Shown here: positions 24,398-32,106 of the stretch, in pieces
How the letters are laid out: every line of letters begins with the position of its first letter
How positions within the stretch are numbered: the stretch's first letter is position 1
IMG/VR virus record: IMGVR_UViG_3300045988_088672
Direction: 5' to 3' (one strand)
Source of the DNA: a virus
DNA length: 55,246 bases
Made by a program: the position numbers and the translations under genes
The notes under the pieces: model-generated
What the model was told of the DNA's origin: nothing
What the model saw: the letters and a program-made list of their open reading frames with translations, nothing else
The model's database searches: none

Positions 24398-24722
24398 ATT
24401 GGATTGTGTTAATTTTCTTCAAAGGAAGATTATCATAAATTCAATAGCTTACTACGAATTGGATAATCCAGTTCTTTCCGATAAACAATATGATGAACTG
24501 TGCCGACAGTTAGTATCAATGCAGGAAGATATTGACTTGAATTTGACGCAGTATGGGTACTGTATGAATGGATTTGATGGTAGTACCGGATTTGACCTTT
24601 ACACAAAATTAAATGACCCTGATAAAGATTATTTGATGAAATTGGCAGTGCTTGGACTCGGGAAAGTTAAAGTGAAAGAAGAAAAAGTAGTGAAGAAAAA
24701 TCGAAAAGGAGGACTATTTTAA
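24369..24722 (+). CDS. Hypothetical protein with an N-terminal motif resembling NAD-ligase domain Ia
   Basis: ORF track 24327..24722. ATG 24369 is preferred because it follows GGGGGAG. IAYYELDNPVLSDKQYDELCRQL resembles the LigA Ia pattern (YY..D.P..SD..YD.L). Weak inference. Confidence 0.45.
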   Translation: MQKFPRRWNKLDCVNFLQRKIIINSIAYYELDNPVLSDKQYDELCRQLVSMQEDIDLNLTQYGYCMNGFDGSTGFDLYTKLNDPDKDYLMKLAVLGLGKVKVKEEKVVKKNRKGGLF

Positions 24723-25678
24723 TGGAACTTGTAGAATTAATGAAAAGTATATCATACAATGCTATTCCGCATTTTCTTATTCTTTATGGCGAGGAACAAA
24801 CCATTCTGGATATGTACATACAAAAGATTGTACAAGCGACAGGAGCAAAGAAATTTAATTTTGAGTCTGTTTCGTTAGCAGTTAAGCACTCCGGAAAGAA
24901 AAGTCTTGATAAGTCAACAAAACTGTATACGATTATTGACGATAATGCGTTTATAAAAGCAGAGGATAATTGGGGGCAAGTAAAGGATTCAATGAATAAG
25001 AACTACCTTATTATTCGATATAATTCTTTGGATAAACGTTCCGCATTTTTCAAAAGAAATAAAGAAAATATTGTGGAATTTTCTCATCTTACCCATGATG
25101 TTTTATCACAGTATATAAGCCGAGATTTGCCGGACTTGTGTGAAGATAATGCGAATAAATTGGTGGAATATTGCAATTATGATTATGGTAGAATACTGAT
25201 GGAAATTGATAAAATCAAACAATGGCAGGAACATTATACTGATAATGAAGGTACACCTAAAACTGATTCTGTCTTTAAGTTATTAGATAAACAAGGATTA
25301 TTCTATAAAGAAATAGGGGATATCACCTTTGAATTGACAGATGCAGTCTTGGGTGGATACCCGGAAACAGCCATGCAGAAGTTAGATGAAGCAAAGTGGA
25401 AAGGTGAGCCTGCCATGATGATTGCTTCTATACTATACAATGGATTCCGGAATCTTTTGGCTTATCAAGGTTTAGGAAGTAATAAGAAAGGTGCAGTAGA
25501 AAGAACAGGACTTTCTAAAGGCGATATATGGAGATGTAGTAAGAATGTTGGTGGCTATAGTATTGAAGAAGTAAAAAGAAATATGCTTATTTGTCAGAAT
25601 ATAGAATCCGGGATAAAGACTGGAATTGTAGACGAAGACATTGCATTGGAATATTTGGTACTATCTTGTTTAAAATAA
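24722..25678 (+). CDS. holA: Clamp-loader delta (HolA)-like subunit
   Basis: The 318-aa size, an N-terminus IPHFLILYGEEQTILDMY like HolA (Y.lyGeE.yL), and the position after the DnaX-like and delta-prime-like genes. Confidence 0.5.
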   Translation: MELVELMKSISYNAIPHFLILYGEEQTILDMYIQKIVQATGAKKFNFESVSLAVKHSGKKSLDKSTKLYTIIDDNAFIKAEDNWGQVKDSMNKNYLIIRYNSLDKRSAFFKRNKENIVEFSHLTHDVLSQYISRDLPDLCEDNANKLVEYCNYDYGRILMEIDKIKQWQEHYTDNEGTPKTDSVFKLLDKQGLFYKEIGDITFELTDAVLGGYPETAMQKLDEAKWKGEPAMMIASILYNGFRNLLAYQGLGSNKKGAVERTGLSKGDIWRCSKNVGGYSIEEVKRNMLICQNIESGIKTGIVDEDIALEYLVLSCLK

Positions 25679-25692
25679 TTTCAAAAAACCTA

Positions 25693-25721
25693 TTGACATT
25701 TCTATTTTTATGTGTTACAAT
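25693..25721 (+). promoter_or_regulatory. Early-class promoter cassette copy 7
   Basis: Exact TTGACATTTCTATTTTTATGTGTTACAAT preceded by TTTCAAAAAACCTA. Confidence 0.75.
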
Positions 25722-25766
25722 ATAATCAAAGTTAAGAAATAAAAATATATTAGGAGGTAATTACAT

Positions 25767-26018
25767 ATGAAAGGATTTGATATTTTTTATAAATTAAAAG
25801 AGGCATACGAGGTAAGCACAAAAAACAATAATTTTTTTGCTGCCTTGTTGAACTCCATTACATGGGATGAAAAATATGAAGCTGATAATGAATTATATTT
25901 TGTGAAGGGTGACTTCACATTCATGACACCATCTTTAGATCCATTTAGAATGCCTTGGTCACCATCAGCAGTATTAGAGGACAGAAATGTACTTGAATTT
26001 TTTGGAGGTGCGATATGA
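25767..26018 (+). CDS. Hypothetical protein
   Basis: ORF track, 83 aa. AGGAGG SD is upstream. Confidence 0.6.
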   Translation: MKGFDIFYKLKEAYEVSTKNNNFFAALLNSITWDEKYEADNELYFVKGDFTFMTPSLDPFRMPWSPSAVLEDRNVLEFFGGAI

Positions 26019-26812
26019 GCAGAAGATTATTAAACTTAATCAATAACAATCAGCCAGAACTTCCGGCTAATAAGAAGTTTTTAGCGGATGTTATGAGTTG
26101 TATTGAGAGAATGGAGCAAGAAGGAAGAAGAAAAGGAAGTAATTATTATAAACCTTCTTCTTTGCATTGTATGAGAAATATGTATTTCACTCGTACAAAA
26201 GCACCACAAGACCCGGAAGTATCGGAGTACAATTCAACAGGAATGGCAGATACTGGAACTGCACGGCATGAGGCATTACAGAATGCTTTATTGAATATGA
26301 AAGGCATGGGGTACGATTGGAAGTATTTAGATGTTGCTGAATATGTAAAGGAAAAACAGAAATTCGGTAAATGTAAATCCTTGATTGTGAAAGGAACACA
26401 GGGGGCAGAAACACATCTTATAGATACCGCATTGAATCTATCTTTTAGATGCGACGGAATTATAAGAAGAATTTCAACAAACGAAGATTATTTATGGGAG
26501 TTCAAGAATGTTGTTTCTTTCAAATATAACCAACTTGATAATCACTGTTTAGAACAACATCATAATCAAGTAATCTGCTATTGTACTGTCTTGGATTTAG
26601 ATAAGGCATTTGTGATGTACGAAAATAGAGATATATGCACACTTGAAGTGCCTGAGATTTTCCATGTGACAAAGGATATGAAAGATTGGCTTGTTGGATA
26701 TATAAGCGAGTGTGAGGGTTATGTGGAAAGAATGATTGCACCGCCAAAAACGGAAGATACAAAGAACTGTAGGTGGTGTAGATACAAAAATATATGCAGA
26801 AAGGTTGGATAA
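26015..26812 (+). CDS. Cas4/RecB-like PD-(D/E)xK exonuclease with 4-Cys cluster
   Basis: One N-terminal Cys (SLHCMR) plus C-terminal CRWCRYKNIC, with a DGIIRR...EFK core. This is the Cas4 / DUF83 architecture. Confidence 0.7.
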   Translation: MSRRLLNLINNNQPELPANKKFLADVMSCIERMEQEGRRKGSNYYKPSSLHCMRNMYFTRTKAPQDPEVSEYNSTGMADTGTARHEALQNALLNMKGMGYDWKYLDVAEYVKEKQKFGKCKSLIVKGTQGAETHLIDTALNLSFRCDGIIRRISTNEDYLWEFKNVVSFKYNQLDNHCLEQHHNQVICYCTVLDLDKAFVMYENRDICTLEVPEIFHVTKDMKDWLVGYISECEGYVERMIAPPKTEDTKNCRWCRYKNICRKVG

Positions 26813-26847
26813 AAATGAGTAATTATGTTCTATTTGATGTGTAAGAC

Positions 26848-27066
26848 ATGGACGTAGATTCAGAATTAAATAATCTTGTAGAAATAAGAGGCTCTTACTG
26901 TCATGAACCATACTTAATAATGTCAAAGATGACGTTTAAGCTCATTAAAATGCTGTCCAAAGGATATAATGCTAAAGATAATTCATGGGTATATAGCGGA
27001 GACTCGAGCTGGGTACCTTATGAATTTCAAATTGCAATTGATAAAAGAATACCTTTTGGGAGGTGA
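26848..27066 (+). CDS. Hypothetical protein
   Basis: ORF track, 72 aa. SD is weak. Confidence 0.4.
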   Translation: MDVDSELNNLVEIRGSYCHEPYLIMSKMTFKLIKMLSKGYNAKDNSWVYSGDSSWVPYEFQIAIDKRIPFGR

Positions 27067-27073
27067 AAGTGAA

Positions 27074-27451
27074 ATGACATTAGACGATTGTAAGAGGATT
27101 CATCATGATATGTGGAATTATATTGCAGATACTGAAGATCGTACTCATCATTCATTGAGTAGGTCATATTTAAAGGATGATTTTTGTGCAAGAAATCATT
27201 TATATTTCAGCAATAATTGTGCTTTATGTGAGTACGCTTTAGACCAATATAATGCACACCATGATGAATGTGTGGCTTTCAGTGTGTCGCATGATGTCTG
27301 TACATTTTGTCCGGCTTTATGGGGGACAGAGGGAGATCAGTACGGTTATTATTGTGAACATGATGTTGATGGATCTGCTGAAAGAATTGATTGGAGGTAT
27401 ACCAAAGCCGATGATATAAGAGACATTAAATGGAAAGACGAGGTGGAGTAA
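27074..27451 (+). CDS. Hypothetical Cys/His-rich protein
   Basis: ORF track 26969..27451. ATG 27074 is preferred because it follows GGGAGGTG. Contains CALCEY...HHDEC...CTFCP. Confidence 0.55.
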   Translation: MTLDDCKRIHHDMWNYIADTEDRTHHSLSRSYLKDDFCARNHLYFSNNCALCEYALDQYNAHHDECVAFSVSHDVCTFCPALWGTEGDQYGYYCEHDVDGSAERIDWRYTKADDIRDIKWKDEVE

Positions 27452-27909
27452 TGATATATATAGGAATTGACCCAGGAAAGAATGGCGGAATAGGTATATT
27501 AAAGTTAAGAAATAATCAACTTGTCAGTGCGTCTGCATATGTTTTTGATGAAACTATGCTAATAAATATGTTGTTTGAATTAAGGTGTGGTTCTGATGTG
27601 ATGTGTACTTTAGAACACGTTCACGCAATGCCAAAGCAGGGTGTGTCAAGTACATTCAATTTTGGAATGAATTTTGGTTTCATTCAAGGTGTATTAAAAG
27701 CATATGGAATTCCCTATGAACTTGTTACACCACAGAAATGGAAGAAAGAATTTTCTTGCACATCTGACAAAAATACATCCATTGAAGTATGCAAGAGATT
27801 ATTTCCTTTTGTAAATTTGAAGGCTACAGAACGATGCAGAAAAGACCATGACGGAATGGCAGAGGCATTATTGATTGCAGAGTATGGAAGGAGGCATTAT
27901 AATGGTTAA
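27451..27909 (+). CDS. ruvC: RuvC-like Holliday-junction resolvase
   Basis: MIYIGIDPGKNGGIG matches the RuvC/RNase H-fold N-terminal IGIDPG motif. ATG 27451 overlaps the preceding stop (TAATG). Confidence 0.7.
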   Translation: MIYIGIDPGKNGGIGILKLRNNQLVSASAYVFDETMLINMLFELRCGSDVMCTLEHVHAMPKQGVSSTFNFGMNFGFIQGVLKAYGIPYELVTPQKWKKEFSCTSDKNTSIEVCKRLFPFVNLKATERCRKDHDGMAEALLIAEYGRRHYNG

Positions 27910-28081
27910 AATTGAGAGCAGATGTAGGAATTGTGAAAGCATGAATAAATTGGTTAAAGTCATGAATGATTCAGTATCTAAATTAGGTGTCGCCGAGCCT
28001 TTTCATGATGCTCCATTCTCAATACATAGAATAGATTGTGATTATTTTTCAGCTGAAAAATCTATAATTAAAGGATGGTGA
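27902..28081 (+). CDS. Hypothetical small protein
   Basis: ORF track 27875..28081. ATG 27902 is preferred because it follows AGGAGG. Confidence 0.5.
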   Translation: MVKIESRCRNCESMNKLVKVMNDSVSKLGVAEPFHDAPFSIHRIDCDYFSAEKSIIKGW

Positions 28082-28088
28082 TTATAAA

Positions 28089-28781
28089 ATGAGTAGACGT
28101 TTCAAGATAAAAAATTGTTGTGAGAATTGCGTGTATGCCACGAACTACACTGGGTACGATGATTTTGATTGTAGCCAGTTAGACCACATGATGCGTGCGG
28201 AGAAGTTTGACTGTGATTATTTTAAACCTAAAAAAATGTCAAAAACGAACTGCGAAAATGATATGAACCAGCCTAATACTAAGCATATAATGGCTAAAGT
28301 AGATACTATGAGTGATACAATCAAAGAAATATCAGATAAACTTATAGAAAAATATTGTGATTCACTTGATGTAGAAATGGCGGTTATCAGATTAGAGCTG
28401 AAAGAAAATAACTCTTTAACCGATTATACACTAGAGAAGCACATATTGGATTTAGCAAATATTCTTTATTTCACAGGTTCGGCACAAGAAGATCTTGGTA
28501 TTAAAGAAGATACTTGCAAAGCTATCAGACAGGAAGTATATTCAAAAGCAAGAGAACAAGCAACGGGAAAAACAGTTGCAGATAAAACGGCACAAGCAGA
28601 TCTTATAGCACAAGCAGAAACAATGACTCTTGTTATATATTCAAGAGCATACAAGAAAGTGAAATTGCGAATGGATGCCGGATATGAGATGCTTAATAGC
28701 TTGAAAAAAGTAATGAATAAGCGTATTACAGAAATGGAACTATCAAATAGTAGGTATATCAATAAAGGTGAGGTGAATTAG
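28089..28781 (+). CDS. Hypothetical protein (Cys-rich N-terminus, helical C-terminal half)
   Basis: ORF track, 230 aa. Confidence 0.6.
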   Translation: MSRRFKIKNCCENCVYATNYTGYDDFDCSQLDHMMRAEKFDCDYFKPKKMSKTNCENDMNQPNTKHIMAKVDTMSDTIKEISDKLIEKYCDSLDVEMAVIRLELKENNSLTDYTLEKHILDLANILYFTGSAQEDLGIKEDTCKAIRQEVYSKAREQATGKTVADKTAQADLIAQAETMTLVIYSRAYKKVKLRMDAGYEMLNSLKKVMNKRITEMELSNSRYINKGEVN

Positions 28782-28782
28782 A

Positions 28783-28947
28783 ATGACACAGGAAGATTAT
28801 CAAAGGGCTAAAGTAATCATGCAGGATTTAGAAGCTTTAACTTACTGTAATATTCCTTCTTTTGCTTCAGAAGAATTAAAGAAAGAATTTAGTGATTGGA
28901 TAAAGAAAAAGAAAGCAAACTTACAAAATGAATTTGATAATTTATAG
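28783..28947 (+). CDS. Hypothetical small protein (54 aa, not in ORF track)
   Basis: Hand translation gives MTQEDYQRAKVIMQDLEALTYCNIPSFASEELKKEFSDWIKKKKANLQNEFDNL*. SD GGTGAGGTG is upstream. Confidence 0.5.
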   Translation: MTQEDYQRAKVIMQDLEALTYCNIPSFASEELKKEFSDWIKKKKANLQNEFDNL

Positions 28948-28956
28948 GAGGTAGTA

Positions 28957-29172
28957 ATGATTGACTGTAATATTTGCAAGCATAAAGAAGATTATTGTAT
29001 AGGATGCAAGCATGGAGAGTTGTTCGAGAGAAAAAATGTGTCAGAACCTAAAAAAATATCAGTTAGTAATGGAAATGAATATTGCGGACATTGTGGTTAT
29101 TTGTGTGACTACGCAAGAGGATATAAAAAGTTTTATTGCATTAGGTGTGGGGGACTTAATTTAAGAAGTTGA
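28957..29172 (+). CDS. Zinc-finger-like Cys-rich small protein
   Basis: CNICKH...CIGCKH...CGHCGYLC...CIRCG, i.e. four CxxC pairs in 71 aa. Confidence 0.55.
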   Translation: MIDCNICKHKEDYCIGCKHGELFERKNVSEPKKISVSNGNEYCGHCGYLCDYARGYKKFYCIRCGGLNLRS

Positions 29173-29193
29173 AAGAATTGAGAGGTGGAAAAG

Positions 29194-29610
29194 ATGAACG
29201 ATAGCAACTCAAGAAATAACGAGCCTTGTTGCAGATGTGATAGCAAAGTTTCAGAAAATGATGATACAAAAAACAAAGTTACATCTCTGGAAATTATCGT
29301 AAGGATGATAGACAACAATCCATATTACGAAATCAAGTACAAAAAAGTCGGCGAAGATTATTACCATGTAGGTTACAGTTCATTCAATATTGATAATGTA
29401 TTGAAATGGCGTGATGAGTGTTTTGAACTTGTGGATATGAAAGTGACAAATGTCTACAGGATAAGGAATATGTCGGATGAACAGTTGGCAGAGTTTTTGG
29501 CATATAACGCATCCTGTGAAGAATGCTATGTTAAAAAGGATGATTCTTGTTGCTATCCAGACGGACCGTGCAAACAAAAACATCTTGAATGGCTTCAATC
29601 AGAAGAATAA
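29194..29610 (+). CDS. Hypothetical Cys-rich protein
   Basis: ORF track 29185..29610. ATG 29194 is preferred because it follows GAGAGGTGG. Confidence 0.55.
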   Translation: MNDSNSRNNEPCCRCDSKVSENDDTKNKVTSLEIIVRMIDNNPYYEIKYKKVGEDYYHVGYSSFNIDNVLKWRDECFELVDMKVTNVYRIRNMSDEQLAEFLAYNASCEECYVKKDDSCCYPDGPCKQKHLEWLQSEE

Positions 29611-29623
29611 GGAGGAAAACAGA

Positions 29624-29902
29624 ATGAGACTTATTGACTCAGACAGACTACTTGCTTATTTGAAAGAAGAAAATGTCGTACCAATTTGTATTCAAAATTT
29701 AACAAAGAAAAACAAACAAATTATAAAGTTTGAAAATATGATATATGAGCAACCTACTGCCTATGATATTGATGGTGTTGTAGAGCAGTTGAATACGGAC
29801 TCTTCTATAGAACTGTATGGAAGTGGCAATAGCAATAATTATCTTATTCCCGTTGAAAGGGCAATCAACATAGTAAAGGAAGGAGGTATTATAAATGAGT
29901 AA
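29624..29902 (+). CDS. Hypothetical protein
   Basis: ORF track 29477..29902. ATG 29624 is preferred because it follows AAGGAGGA. Confidence 0.55.
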   Translation: MRLIDSDRLLAYLKEENVVPICIQNLTKKNKQIIKFENMIYEQPTAYDIDGVVEQLNTDSSIELYGSGNSNNYLIPVERAINIVKEGGIINE

Positions 29903-30914
29903 TCTTGATTTAATTATAAAAGATTTGAATAAGAAAATGAAGGTAGGAAATATTCAGTTAGGCGTAGATTTCCAAGAAGTACAAAAGATTCCTTTTTCAT
30001 CGTGCAGATTAAATTATATGACATATGGTGGAATCCCAGTTGGAAGAATTGCAGAATTTTATGGGGCAGATGGAAGTGGAAAGACAACTACTGCTATTGA
30101 TGTAGCATGGAATGCACAAAGAATGTTTCCAGATAAAAAAGTGCTATTTGTAGATATTGAACATACTTTTGATTATTGCTGGTCTACTAAACTAGGATTG
30201 AATTGTGATGATATAATCTATCTTGACCCTGATAGCATGGGAGCAGAGGAAGTTTTTAATATGATGATTGAGCTTATAGATAGTGGAGAAATAAGCCTAT
30301 GTATATTAGATTCAATCGGTGCTATGGTATCTATGCAAGCAAACGAAAAACAGATAGGCGAAAGAACATATGGCGGAGTAAGTATGGCATTAACTGAATT
30401 TAGCAAGAAAATAACTCCAGTTCTTGCAAGAACACAAACTGCTTTTATAGGAATAAATCAAGTCCGAGATGATATGAATAGCATGTATGGCGGAACAACT
30501 ACGACAGGCGGAAGAGCATGGCGGCATAGTTGCAGTACAAGGCTTGAGTTTAGAAAAGGAAATTATATTGATGATAAGGATAATAAACTTTCGAGAGCTT
30601 GTGAGAATCCTGCCGGAAATATAGTCAATGTGGCACTAGTGAAATCTAAAGTATGTAGACCGGACAGAAAAGTAGGCTTCTACACATTAAAATATCTTGA
30701 AGGAATTGACTATGTATCGGATGCAGTTGATGTAGCTATCAAAATGGGATTAGTTATGCAGGGAGGAGCATGGTTTTCTTTAGTTGATATTGAAACAGGA
30801 GAGATTCTTAATAAATTCCAAGGAAAATCAAAGTTAGTTGACTATCTAAAGGAAAATGATAACTATACAGATTTTTACTCAAAATTGGATAAATTATTAA
30901 ACGAGCAATCTTAA
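29895..30914 (+). CDS. recA: RecA-family recombinase
   Basis: GGIPVGRIAEFYGADGSGKTTTAI (Walker A context as in RecA), ILDSIGAM (Walker B) and FIGINQVR. Confidence 0.8.
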   Translation: MSNLDLIIKDLNKKMKVGNIQLGVDFQEVQKIPFSSCRLNYMTYGGIPVGRIAEFYGADGSGKTTTAIDVAWNAQRMFPDKKVLFVDIEHTFDYCWSTKLGLNCDDIIYLDPDSMGAEEVFNMMIELIDSGEISLCILDSIGAMVSMQANEKQIGERTYGGVSMALTEFSKKITPVLARTQTAFIGINQVRDDMNSMYGGTTTTGGRAWRHSCSTRLEFRKGNYIDDKDNKLSRACENPAGNIVNVALVKSKVCRPDRKVGFYTLKYLEGIDYVSDAVDVAIKMGLVMQGGAWFSLVDIETGEILNKFQGKSKLVDYLKENDNYTDFYSKLDKLLNEQS

Positions 30915-30924
30915 TTATCAACAA

Positions 30925-30956
30925 GTTATCCACATTAAATTGTGGATAACTTTTTT
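30925..30956 (+). terminator. Rho-independent terminator whose stem is a pair of inverted perfect DnaA boxes
   Basis: GTTATCCACA-TTAAAT-TGTGGATAAC followed by T6. TTATCCACA is the DnaA-box consensus. TTATCAACA lies at 30915-30923. Confidence 0.8.
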
Positions 30957-30977
30957 GAAAAATTTTTAAAAAACCTA

Positions 30978-31006
30978 TTGACATTTCTATTTTTATGTGT
31001 TACAAT
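30978..31006 (+). promoter_or_regulatory. Early-class promoter cassette copy 8
   Basis: Exact TTGACATTTCTATTTTTATGTGTTACAAT. The leader through the ATGACA start matches 10184-10224. Confidence 0.75.
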
Positions 31007-31050
31007 ATAATCAAAGTTAAGAAATACATAAAACAAGGAGGATACATATT

Positions 31051-31569
31051 ATGACAAAGAAAGAAGCAATGCAAAAACAGTATAAAGAGTGGGAGGAAAG
31101 TATCAATAATATGTCAGCAGAGGAAATGAAAGCTGATTTATTGAATAATTGTGAGCTGTCTTTTACTGATAGTCGTTTATTAAAAAGAAAGATGAAGGAT
31201 GGGTTTCTTCGTAAAATGTACAAAGCCTATCACCCATTTGTAAACCCAGCTGAGGAGGGTTATAACTTTATCATGCGTAAGTATGAGGGGTTATTAGATA
31301 CCCTGTATAGAGTATTTGATGTGGAAGGCGCTGTACAGCATGAGGTTACAGAAGCTTTCCAATACTCCAAGGAGGACTTGGCGGATCTGAATAAGGAACG
31401 TAATCAATATAGATCCGATAGATCTAAGGAAATTCTGGAAGAATATAAAGCTAAATATTCGCATGATGATGTGCTGGAATATTTAGAAGATGACCCGTCC
31501 ATTAGTTATGGGCACAAATTTGATATCGAAAAAGTATTTTCGGATCTTAACAAGTGGGCAGAAGAGTAA
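31051..31569 (+). CDS. Hypothetical acidic protein
   Basis: ORF track, 172 aa. Confidence 0.6.
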   Translation: MTKKEAMQKQYKEWEESINNMSAEEMKADLLNNCELSFTDSRLLKRKMKDGFLRKMYKAYHPFVNPAEEGYNFIMRKYEGLLDTLYRVFDVEGAVQHEVTEAFQYSKEDLADLNKERNQYRSDRSKEILEEYKAKYSHDDVLEYLEDDPSISYGHKFDIEKVFSDLNKWAEE

Positions 31570-31584
31570 AGGAGGAAAATACAT

Positions 31585-32106
31585 ATGTTAGATGAACAGC
31601 AGAAAAAAATTGTAGCAGAAAATCATAACTTAATATACTATGCTTTGAGCAAGTATAAGTTGAATCCGGAAGAGTATTATGACATACTCGCTATTGGCTT
31701 ATGCAAAGCCGCAATTGCCTTTGACCCGGAAAGGTCAAAGTTCGCAACATACGCAATGAAGGTCATGTATAATGAATTTTTAATGCAGGTCAAGCATGAA
31801 AATGCTAATAAAAGAGAAGCAAATAAGAATGTGCTTTCTTTAAATTACAGACTAAATGATCATAAAAATGAAGGTCATATATGTGAATTTGGAGAGTTAT
31901 TGACAGATGGGAGAGAACCATTCATGGATGTGGTTCATATGTATCTTCCGGATATACTAACAAAGAAAGAGCTTTTAGTATGCCAGCTTTCATATGATGG
32001 TTATGACCAGACACAAATCGGAGAAAAGATGGGTGTGACACAGTCTTATGTTAGCAGATTATTAAAGAAAGCAAGAATTAAATTAGAAAAGGAGATGGTA
32101 TTTTGA
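31585..32106 (+). CDS. Sigma-70-family RNA polymerase sigma factor (regions 2 and 4)
   Basis: Region 2-like NHNLIYYALSKY...ILAIGLCKAAIAFDPERSKFATYA. Region 4 HTH is QTQIGEKMGVTQSYVSRLLKKA. Confidence 0.8.
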   Translation: MLDEQQKKIVAENHNLIYYALSKYKLNPEEYYDILAIGLCKAAIAFDPERSKFATYAMKVMYNEFLMQVKHENANKREANKNVLSLNYRLNDHKNEGHICEFGELLTDGREPFMDVVHMYLPDILTKKELLVCQLSYDGYDQTQIGEKMGVTQSYVSRLLKKARIKLEKEMVF

